Source of the DNA: the human T2T-CHM13v2.0 reference genome, Homo sapiens
Assembly (NCBI RefSeq): GCF_009914755.1
Contig: NC_060946.1
Direction: 5' to 3' (one strand)
DNA length: 64,000 bases
The position numbers and the translations under genes are program-made. Positions 12,771 through 24,800 of the stretch are shown piece by piece. Positions within the stretch are counted from its first letter, which is position 1. Each line of letters begins with the position of its first letter. The notes below the pieces were generated by a model that was given only the letters and a program-made list of their open reading frames with translations, was not told the DNA's origin and did not search any database.

Positions 12771-15700
12771 CAAAGAAGTTTCTGAGGATGCTGCTGTCTA
12801 CTTTTTATACGTAATCCCGTTTCCAACGAAATCCTCCAATCTATCAAAATATCCACTTGCAGATTCCACAGAAAGACTGTTTCAAAACTGCTCTGTCAAT
12901 AGAAAGGTTCAACTCTGTTAGCTGCGTGCATATATCCCAAAGAAGATTCTGAGATTGCTTCTGTCTAGTTTTTATGGGAAGATATTTCCCTTTTCACCGT
13001 AGGTGTCAAGGCGCTCCAAATGTCCACTTCCAGATACTACAAAAAGAGTGTTTCAAACCTACTCTCTGAAAGGGAATATTCAACTCTGTGACTTGAATGC
13101 AGATATCACAATGAAGTTTCTGAGAATGCTTCTGTCGAGATTTTATATGAAGATATTCCCGTTTCCAACGAAATCCTGAAATCTATCCAAATATCCCCTC
13201 GCAGATTCTACAAAAAGAGTGTTGCAAAACTGCTCTGTAAAAAGAAAGGTTCAACCCTGTTAGTTGAGTACACACATCACAAACAAGTTTCACAGAATGC
13301 TTCTTTCTAGCTTGTAGGGGAAGATATTCCCTTTATCACCATGGGCCTCAAACCGTCCGAAACGTTTACTTCCATATACTACAAAAAGAGCGTTTCAAAC
13401 CTGCTCTATGAAAGGCAATGTTCAACTCTGTGACTTGAATGCAGACATCACAGAGCAGTTTCTGAGAATGCTTCTGTCTAGATTTTATAGGAAGATATTT
13501 CCGTTTCCAACGAAACCTTCACAGCTATCCAAATATCCACTTGCAGATTCTACAAAAAGAGTGTATCAAAACTGCTCTGTCAAAAGGAAGGTTCTTCTCT
13601 GTTAGGTGAGTGCATACGTCATAAAGGGGTTTCTGAGAATGTTTCTGTCTAGTGGTTATGGGAAGATATTTGCTTTTTCACCGTAGGCCTCAGAGCGCTC
13701 CAAATATCCACTTGCACATACTACAAAAAGAGTGCTTCAAAGCTGCTCTCTGAAAGGGAATGTTCAACTCTATGAGTTGAATGCAAACATCACAAAGACG
13801 TTTCTGAGAATGCTTCTGTCTAGATTTGATATGAAGATATTCCCGTTTCCAACGAAATCTTCTAATCTATCCAAATGTCCACTTGCAGATTCAACAAAAA
13901 GTGTTTTTCAGAACTGCTCTATCAAAAGAAAGATCCACCTCTGTTAGCTGAGTTCACACATCACAAACAAGTTTATGAGAATGCTTCTGTCTAGTTTTTA
14001 TTTGAAGATATTTCCTTTCTCACCATAGACCTGAAAGCTGTCCTAATGTTCACTCCCAGATACTACAGAAAGAGTGTTTCAAAACTGCTGTACGAAAGGG
14101 AAAGTTCAACTCTGTGACTTGAATGCACACATCACAAAGAAGTTTCTGAGGATGCTGCTGTCTACTTTTTATACGTAATCCCGTTTCCAACGAAATCCTC
14201 CAATCTATCCAAATATCCACTTGCAGATTCCACAGAAAGACTGTTTCAAAACTGCTCTGTCAATAGAAAGGTTCAACTTTGTTAGCTGCGTGCATATATC
14301 CCAAAGAAGATTCTGAGATTGCTTCTGTCTAGTTTTTATGGGAAGATATTTCCCTTTTCACCGTAGGCATCAAGGCGCTCCAAATGTCCACTTCCAGATA
14401 CCACAAAAAGAGTGTTTCAAACCTACTCTGTGGAAGGGAATATTCAACTCTGTGACTTGAATGCAGATATCACAAAGAAGTTTCTGAGAATGCTTCCGTC
14501 GAGATTTTATATGAAGATATTCCCGTTTCCAACGAAATCCTGAAATCTATCCAAATATCCCCTCGCAGATTCTACAAAAAGAGTTTTTCAACACTGCTCT
14601 GTAAAAAGAAAAGTTCAACTCTGTTAGTTGAGTACACACATCACAAACAAGTTTCACAGAATGCTTCTTTCTAGCTTGTAGGGGAAGATATTCCCTTTAT
14701 CACCATTGGCCTCAAACCGTCCGAAACGTCCACTTCCATATACTAAAAAAAGAGTGTTTGAAACCTGCTCTATGAAAGGCAATGTTCAACTCTGTGACTT
14801 GAATGCAGACAGCACAGAGCAGTTTCTGAGAATGCTTCTGTCCAGACTTTATAGGAAGATATTCCCTTTTCCAACGAAATCTTCACAGCTATCCAAATAT
14901 CCACTTGCAGATAGTACAAAAAGAGTGTATCAAAAATGCTCTGTCAAAAGGAAAGTTCTTCTCTGCTAGTTGAGTACATACGTCATAAAGAAGTTTCTGA
15001 GAATGTTCCTGTCTAGTGGTTATGGGAAGATATTTGCTTTTTCCCTGTAGGCCTCAAAGCGCTCCAAATGTCCACTTGCACATACTACAAAAAGAGTGCT
15101 TCAAAGCTGCTCTCTGAAAGGGAATGTTCAACTCTATGAGTTGAATGCTAACATCACAAAGACGTTTCTGAGAATGCTTCTGTCTAGATTTAATATGAAG
15201 ATATTCCCGTTTCCAACGAAATCTTCAAATCTATCCAAATGTCCACTTGCAGATTCAACAAAAAGTGTTTTTCAGAACTGCTCTATCAAAAGAAAGATCC
15301 ACCTCTGTTAGCTGAGTTCACACATCACAAACAAGTTTATGAGAATGCTTCTGTCTAGTTTTTATTTGAAGATATTTCCTTTCTCACCATAGACCTGAAA
15401 GCTGTCCTAATGTTCACTTCCAGATACTACAGAAACAGCGTTTCAAAACTGCTGTACGAAAGGGAATGTTCAACTCTGTGACTTGAATGCACACATCACA
15501 AAGAAGTTTCTGAGGATGCTGCTGTCTACTTTTTATACGTAATCCCGTTTCCAACGAAATCCTCCAATCTATCCAAATATCCACTTGCAGATTCCACAGA
15601 AAGACTGTTTCAAAACTGCTCTGTCAATAGAAAGGTTCAACTCTGTTAGCTGCGTGCATATATCCCAAAGAAGATTCTGAGATTGCTTCTGTCTAGTTTT

Positions 15701-16329
15701 TATGGGAAGATATTTCCCTTTTCACCGTAGGCGTCAAGGCGCTCCAAATGTCCACTTCCAGATACTACAAAAAGAGTGTTTCAAACCTACTCTGTGGAAG
15801 GGAATATTCAACTCTGTGACTTGAATGCAGATATCGCAAAGAAGTTTCTGAGAATGCTTCCGTCGAGATTTTATATGAAGATATTCCCGTTTCCAACGAA
15901 ATCCTGAAATCTATCCAAATATCCCCTCGCAGATTCTACAAAAAGAGTGTTTCAACACTGCTCTGTAAAAAGAAAGGTTCAACTCTGTTAGTTGAGTACA
16001 CACATCACAAACAAGTTTCACAGAATGCTTCTTTCTAGCTTGTAGGGGAAGATATTCCCTTTAATACCATGGGCCTCAAACCGTCCGAAACGTCCACTTC
16101 CATATACTAAAAAAAGAGTGTTTCAAACCTGCTCTATGAAAGGCAATGTTCAACTCTGTGACTTGAATGCAGACATCACAGAGCAGTTTCTGAGAATGCT
16201 TCTGTCTAGATTTTATAGGAAGATATTCCCGTTTCCAACGAAATCTTCACAGCTATCCAAATATCCACTTGCAGATTCTACAAAAAGAGTGTATCAAAAC
16301 TGCTCTGTCAAAAGGAAGGTTCTTCTCTG

Positions 16330-18890
16330 TTAGTTGAGTACATACGTCATAAAGGAGTTTCTGAGAATGTTTCTGTCTAGTGGTTATGGGAAGATATTTG
16401 CTTTTGCACCTTAGGCCTCAGAGCGCTCCAAATATCCACTTGCACATACTACAAAAAGAGTGCTTCAAAGCTGCTCTCTGAAAGGGAATGTTCAACTCTA
16501 TGAGTTGAATGCAAACATCACAAAGACGTTTCTGAGAATGCTTCTGTCTAGATTTGATATGAAGATATTCCCGTTTCCAAAGAAATCTTCAAATCTATCC
16601 AAATGTCCACTTGCAGATTCAACAAAAAGTGTTTTTCAGAACTGCTCTATCAAAAGAAAGATCCACCTCTGTTAGCTGAGTTCACACATCACAAACAAGT
16701 TTATGAGAATGCTTCTGTCTAGTTTTTATTTGAAGATATTTCCTTTCTCACCATAGACCTGAAAGCTGTCCTAATGTTCACTTCCAGATACTACAGAAAG
16801 AGTGTTTCAAAACTGCTGTACGAAAGGGAATGTTCAACTCTGTGACTTGAATGCACACATCACAAAGAAGTTTCTGAGGATGCTGCTGTCTACTTTTTAT
16901 ACGTAATCCCGTTTCCAACGAAATCCTCCAATCTATCCAAATATCCACTTGCAGATTCCACAGAAAGACTGTTTCAAATCTGCTCTGTCAACAGAAAGAT
17001 TCAACTCTGTTAGCTGCGTGCATATATCCCAAAGAAGATTCTGAGATTGCTTCTGTCTAGTTTTTATGGGAAGATATTTCCCTTTTCACCGTAGGCGTCA
17101 AGGCGCTCCAAATGTCCACTTCCAGATACTACAAAAAGAGTGTTTCAAACCTACTCTGTGAAAGGCAATGTTCAACTCTGTGACTTGAATGCACATATCA
17201 CAAAGAAGTTTCTGAGAATGCTTCTGTCGAGATTTTATATGAAGATATTCCCGTTTCCCACGAAATCCTGAAATCTCTCCAAATATCCCCTCGCAGATTC
17301 TACAAAAAGAGTGTTTCAAAACTGCTCTGTAAAAAGAAAGGTTCAACTCTGTTAGTTGAGTACACACATCACAAACAAGTTTCACAGAATGATTCTTTCT
17401 AGCTTGTAGGGGAAGATATTCCCTTTATCACCATGGGCCTCAAACCGTCCGAAACGTCCACTTCCATATAGTACAAAAAGAGCGTTTCAAACCTGCTCTA
17501 TGAAAGGCAATGTTCAACCCTGTGACTTGAATGCAGACATCACAGAGCAGTTTCTGAGAATGCTTCTGTCTAGATTTTATAGGAAGATATTCCCGTTTCC
17601 AACGAAATCTTCACAGCTATCCAAATATCCACTTGCAGATTCTACAAAAAGAGTGTATCAAAACTGCTCTGTCAAAAGGAAGGTTCTTCTCTGTTAGTTG
17701 AGTACATACGTCATAAAGGAGTTTCTGAGAATGTTTCTGTCTAGTGGTTATGGGAAGATATTTGCTTTTGCACCTTAGGCCTCAGAGCGCTCCAAATATC
17801 CACTTGCACATACTACAAAAAGAGTGCTTCAAAGCTGCTCTCTGAAAGGGAATGTTCAACTCTATGAGTTGAATGCAAACATCACAAAGACGTTTCTGAG
17901 AATGCTTCTGTCTAGATTTGATATGAAGATATTCCCGTTTCCAAAGAAATCTTCAAATCTATCCAAATGTCCACTTGCAGATTCAACAAAAAGTGTTTTT
18001 CAAAACTGCTGTATCAAAAGAAAGATCCACCTCTGTTAGCTGAGTTCACACATCACAAACAAGTTTATGAGAATGCTTCTGTCTAGTTTTTATTTGAAGA
18101 TATTTCCTTTCTCACCATAGACCTGAAAGCTGTCCTAATGTTCACTTCCAGATACTACAGAAAGAGTGTTTCAAAACTGCTGTACGAAAGGGAATGTTCA
18201 ACTCTGTGACTTGAATGCACACATCACAAAGAAGTTTCTGAGGATGCTGCTGTCTACTTTTTATACGTAATCCCGTTTCCAACGAAATCCTCCAATCTAT
18301 CCAAATATCCACTTGCAGATTCCACAGAAAGACTGTTTCAAATCTGCTCTGTCAACAGAAAGATTCAACTCTGTTAGCTGCGTGCATATATCCCAAAGAA
18401 GATTCTGAGATTGCTTCTGTCTAGTTTTTATGGGAAGATATTTCCCTTTTCACCGTAGGCGTCAAGGCGCTCCAAATGTCCACTTCCAGATACTACAAAA
18501 AGAGTGTTTCAAACCTACTCTGTGAAAGGCAATATTCAACTCTGTGACTTGAATGCACATATCACAAAGAAGTTTCTGAGAATGCTTCTGTCGAGATTTT
18601 ATATGAAGATATTCCCGTTTCCCACGAAATCCTGAAATCTCTCCAAATATCCCCTCGCAGATTCTACAAAAAGAGTGTTTCAAAACTGCTCTGTAAAAAG
18701 AAAGGTTCAACTCTGTTACTTGAGTACACACATCACAAACAAGTTTCACAGAATGATTCTTTCTAGCTTGTAGGGGAAGATATTCCCTTTATCACCATGG
18801 GCCTCAAACCGTCCGAAACGTCCACTTCCATATAGTACAAAAAGAGCGTTTCAAACCTGCTCTATGAAAGGCAATGTTCAACCCTGTGAC
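16330..18890. repeat. Tandem duplication of about one HOR (1364 bp)
   Basis: Shared rare variants at +1364: tttgcacctta, ccaaagaa, cccacgaa (17257/18621), aatgattct, tatagtac, caaccctg. Confidence 0.85.
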
Positions 18891-21800
18891 TTGAATGCAG
18901 ACATCACAGAGCAGTTTCTGAGAATGCTTCTGTCTAGATTTTATAGGAAGATATTCCCGTTTCCAATGAAATCTTCACAGCTATCCCAATATCCACTTGC
19001 AGATTCTACAAAAAGAGTGTATCAAAAGTGCTCTGTCAAAAGGAAGGTTCTTCTCTGTTAGGTGAGTGCATACGTCATAAAGGAGTTTCTGAGAATGTTT
19101 CTGTCTGGTGGTTATGGGAAGATATTTGCTTTTTCACCAAAGGCCTCAGAGCGCTCCAGATATCCACTTGCACATACTACAAAATGAGTGCCTCAAAGCT
19201 GCTCTCTGAAACGGAATGTTCAACTCTATGAGTTGAATGCAAACATCACAAAGACGTTTCCGAGAATGCTTCTGTCTAGTTTTGATATGAAGATATTCCC
19301 GTTTCCAACGAAATCTTCAAATCTATCCAAATGTCCACTTGCAGATTCAACAAAAAGTGTTTTTCAGAACTGCTCTATCAAAAGAAAGATCCACCTCTGT
19401 TAGCTGAGTTCACACATCACAAACAACTTTATGAGAATGCTTCTGTCTAGTTTTTATTTGAAGATATTTCCTTTCTCACCATAGACCTGAAAGCTGTCCT
19501 AATGTTCACTCCCAGATACTACAGAAAGAGTGTTTCAAAACTGCTGTACGAAAGGGAATGTTCAACTCTGTGACTTGAATGCACACATCACAAAGAAGTT
19601 TCTGAGGATGCTGCTGTCTACTTTTTATACGTAATCCCGTTTCCAACGAAATCCTCCAATCTATCCAAATATCCACTTGCAGATTCCACAGAAAGACTGT
19701 TTCAAAACTGCTCTGTCAATAGAAAGGTTCAACTCTGTTAGCTGCGTGCATATATCCCAAAGAAGATTCTGAGATTGCTTCTGTCTAGTTTTTATGGGAA
19801 GATATTTCCCTTTTCACCGTAGGCGTCAAGGTGCTCCAAATGTCCACTTCCAGATACTACAAAAAGAGTGTTTCAAACCTACTCTGTGGAAGGGAATATT
19901 CAACTCTGTGACTTGAATGCAGATATCACAAAGAAGTTTCTGAGAATGCTTCTGTCGAGATTTTATATGAAGATATTCCCGTTTCCAACGAAATCCTGAA
20001 ATCTATCCAAATATCCCCTCGCAGATTCTACAAAAAGAGTGTTTCAACACTGCTCTGTAAAAAGAAAGGTTCAACTCTGTTAGTTGAGTACACACATCAC
20101 AAACAAGTTTCACAGAATGCTTCTTTCTAGCTTGTAGGGGAAGATATTCCCTTTATCACCATGGGCCTCAAACCGTCCGAAACGTCCACTTCCATATACT
20201 AAAAAAAGAGTGTTTCAAACCTGCTCTATGAAAGGCAATGTTCAACTCTGTGACTTGAATGCAGACATCACAGAGCAGTTTCTGAGAATGCTTCTGTCCA
20301 GACTTTATAGGAAGATATTCCCGTTTCCAACGAAATCTTCACAGCTATCCCAATATCCACTTGCAGATAGTACAAAAAGAGTGTATCAAAAATGCTCTGT
20401 CAAAAGGAAAGTTCTTCTCTGCTAGTTGAGTACATACGTCATAAAGAAGTTTCTGAGAATGTTCCTGTCTAGTGGTTATGGGAAGATATTTGCTTTTTCA
20501 CTGTAGGCCTCAAAGCGCTCCAAATGTCCACTTGCACATACTACAAAAAGAGTGCTTCAAAGCTGCTCTCTGAAAGGGAATGTTCAACTCTATGAGTTGA
20601 ATGCAAACATCACAAAGACGTTTCTGAGAATGCTTCTGTCTAGATTTAATATGAAGATATTCCCGTTTCCAAAGAAATCTTCAAATCTATCCAAATGTCC
20701 ACTTGCAGATTCAACAAAAAGTGTTTTTCAGAACTGCTCTATCAAAAGAAAGATCCACCTCTGTTAGCTGAGTTCACACATCACAAACAAGTTTATGAGA
20801 ATGCTTCTGTCTAGTTTTTATTTGAAGATATTTCCTTTCTCACCATAGACCTGAAAGCTGTCCTAATGTTCACTTCCAGATACTACAGAAAGAGCGTTTC
20901 AAAACTGCTGTACGAAAGGGAATGTTCAACTCTGTGACTTGAATGCACACATCACAAAGAAGTTTCTGAGGATGCTGCTGTCTACTTTTTATACGTAATC
21001 CCGTTTCCAACGAAATCCTCCAATCTATCCAAATATCCACTTGCAGATTCCACAGAAAGACTGTTTCAAAACTGCTCTGTCAATAGAAAGGTTCAACTCT
21101 GTTAGCTGCGTGCATATATCCCAAAGAATATTCTGAGATTGCTTCTGTCTAGTTTTTATGGGAAGATATTTCCCTTTTCACCGTAGGTGTCAAGGCGCTC
21201 CAAATGTCCACTTCCAGATACTACAAAAAGAGTGTTTCAAACCTACTCTGTGAAAGGGAATATTCAACTCTGTGACTTGAATGCAGATATCACAAAGAAG
21301 TTTCTGAGAATGCTTCTGTCGAGATTTTATATGAAGATATTCCCGTTTCCAACGAAATCCTGAAATCTATCCAAATATCCCCTCGCAGATTCTACAAAAA
21401 GAGTGTTTCAAAACTGCTGTGTAAAAAGAAAGGTTCAACCCTGTTAGTTGAGTACACACATCACAAACAAGTTTCACAGAATGCTTCTTTCTAGCTTGTA
21501 GGGGAAGATATTCCCTTTATCACCATGGGCCTCAAACCGTCCGAAACATCCACTTCCATATACTACAAAAAGAGCGTTTCAAACCTGCTCTATGAAAGGC
21601 AATGTTCAACTCTGTGACTTGAATGCAGACATCACAGAGCAGTTTCTGAGAATGCTTCTGTCTAGATTTTATAGGAAGATATTCCCGTTTCCAACGAAAT
21701 CTTCACAGCTATCCAAATATCCACTTGCAGATCCTACAAAAAGAGTGTATCAAAACTGCTCTGTCAAAAGGAAGGTTCTTCTCTGTTAGGTGAGTGCATA

Positions 21801-24800
21801 CGTCATACAGGAGTTTCTGAGAATGTTTCTGTCTAGTGGTTATGGGAAGATATTTGCTTTTTCACCGTAGGCCTCAGAGCGCTCCAAATATCCACTTGCA
21901 CATACTACAAAAAGAGTGCCTCAAAGCTGCTCTCTGAAACGGAATGTTCAACTCTATGAGTTGAATGCAAACATCACAAAGACGTTTCTGAGAATGCTTC
22001 TGTCTAGATTTGATATGAAGATATTCCCGTTTCCAACGAAATCTTCAAATCTATCCAAATATCCACTTGCAGATACAACAAAAAGTGTTTTTCAGAACTG
22101 CTCTATCAAAAGAAAGATCCACCTCTGTTAGCTGAGTTCACACATCACAAACAAGTTTATGAGAATGCTTCTGTCTAGTTTTTATTTGAAGATATTTCCT
22201 TTCTCACCATAGACCTGAAAGCTGTCCTAATGTTCACTTCCAGATACTACAGAAAGAGTGTTTCAAAACTGCTGTACGAAAGGGAATGTTCAACTCTGTG
22301 ACTTGAATGCACACATCACAAAGAAGTTTCTGAGGATGCTGCTGTCTACTTTTTATACGTAATCCCGTTTCCAACGAAATCCTCCAAGCTATCCAAATAT
22401 CCACTTGCAGATTCCACAGAAAGACTGTTTCAAAACTGCTCTGTCAATAGAAAGGTTCAACTCTGTTAGCTGCGTGCATATATCCCAAAGAAGGTTCTGA
22501 GATTGCTTCTGTCTAGTTTTTATGGGAAGATATTTCCCTTTTCATCGTAGGCGTCAAGGCGCTCCAAATGTCCACTTCCAGATACTACAAAAAGAGTGTT
22601 TCAAACCTACTCTGTGAAAGGGAATATTCAACTCTGTGACTTGAATGCACATATCACAAAGAAGTTTCTGAGAATGCTTCTGTCCAGATTTTATATGAAA
22701 ATATTCCCGTTTCCAACGAAATCCTGAAATCTATCCAAATATCCCCTCGCAGATTCTACAAAAAGAGTGTTTCAAAACTGCTCTGTAAAAAGAAAGGTTC
22801 AACTCTGTTACTTGACTACACACATCACAAAGAAGTTTCACAGAATGCTTCTTTCTAGCTTGTAGGGGAAGATATTCCCTTTATCACCATGGGCCTCAAA
22901 CCGTCCAAAACGTCCACTTCCATATACTACAAAAAGAGCGTTTCAAACCTGCTCTAGGAAAGGCAATGTTCAACTCTGTGACTTGAATGCAGACATCACA
23001 GAGCAGTTTCTGAGAATGCTTCTGTCTAGATTTTATAGGAAGATATTCCCGTTTCCAACGAAATCTTCACAGCTATCCAAATATCCACTTGCAGATTCTA
23101 CAAAAAGAGTGTATCAAAACTCCTCTGTCAAAAGGAAGGTTCTTCTCTGTTAGTTGAGTACATACGTCATAAAGGAGTTTCTGAGAATGTTTCTGTCTAG
23201 TGGTTATGGGAAGATATTTGCTTTTTCACCGCAGGCCTCACAGCGCTCCAAATATCCACTTGCACATACTACAAAAAGAGTGCTTCAAAGCTGCTCCCTG
23301 AAACGGAATGTTCAACTCTATGAGTTGAATGCAAACATCACAAAGACGTTTCTGAGAATGCTTCTGTCTATATTTGATATGAAGATATTCCCGTTTCCAA
23401 CGAAATCTTCAAATCTATCCAAATGTCCACTTGCAGATTCAACAAAAAGTGTTTTTCAGAACTGCTCTATCAAAAGAAAGATCCACCTCTGTAAGCTGAG
23501 TTCACACATCACAAACAAGTTTATGAGAATGCTTCTGTCTAGTTTTTATTTGAAGATATTTCCTTTCTCACCATAGACCTGAAAGCTGTCCTAATGTTCA
23601 CTTCCAGATACTACAGAAAGAGTGTTTCAAAACTGCTGTACGAAAGGGAATGTTCAACTCTGTGACTTGAATGCACACATCCCAAAGAAGTTTCTGAGGA
23701 TGCTGCTGTCTACTTTTTATACGTAATCCCGTTTCCAACGAAATCCTCCAAGCTATCCAAATATCCACTTGCAGATTCCACAGAAAGACTGTTTCAATAC
23801 TGCTCTGTCAATAGAAAGGTTCAACTCTGTTAGCTGCGTGCATATATCCCAAAGAAGATTCTGAGATTGCTTGTGTCTACTTTTTATGAGAAGATATTTC
23901 CCTTTTCACCGTAGGAGTCAAGGCGCTCCAAATGTCCACTTCCAGATACTACAAAAAGAGTGTTTCAAACCTACTCTGTGAAAGGGAATATTCAACTCTG
24001 TGACTTGAATGCAGATATCACAAAGAAGTTTCTGAGAATGCTTCTGTCGAGATTTTATGTGAAGATACTCCCGTTTCCAACGAAATCCTGAAATCTATCC
24101 AAATATCCCCTCGCAGATTCTACAAAAAGAGTGTTTCAAAACTGCTCTGTAAAAAGAAAGGTTCAACTCTGTTAGTTGAGTACACACATCACAAACAAGT
24201 TTCACAGAATGCTTCTTTCTAGCTTGTAGGGGAAGATATTCCCTTAATCACCATGGGCCTCAAACCATCCGAAACGTCCACTTCCATATACTACAAGAAG
24301 AGCGTTTCAAACCTGCTCTAGGAAAGGGAATGTTCAACTCTGTGACTTGAATGCAGACATCACAGAGCAGTTTCTGAGAATGCTTCTGTCTAGATTTTAT
24401 AGGAAGATATTCCCGTTTCCAACGAAATCTTCACAGCTATCCAAATATCCACTTGCAGATTCTACAAAAAGAGTGTATCAAAACTGCTCTGTCAAAAGGA
24501 AGGTTCTTCTCTGTTAGGTGAGTGCATACGTCATAAAGGAGTTTCTGAGAATGTTTCTGTCTAGTGGTTATGGGAAGATATTTGCTTTTTCACCGCAGGC
24601 CTCACAGCGCTCCAAATATCCACTTGCACATACTACAAAAAGAGTGCTTCAAAGCTGCTCTCTGAAACGGAATGTTCAACTCTATGGGTTGAATGCAAAC
24701 ATCACAAAGACGTTTCTGAGAATGCTTCTCTCTAGATTTGATATGAAGATATTCCCGTTTCCAAAGAAATCTTCAAATCTATCCAAATGTCCACTTGCAG

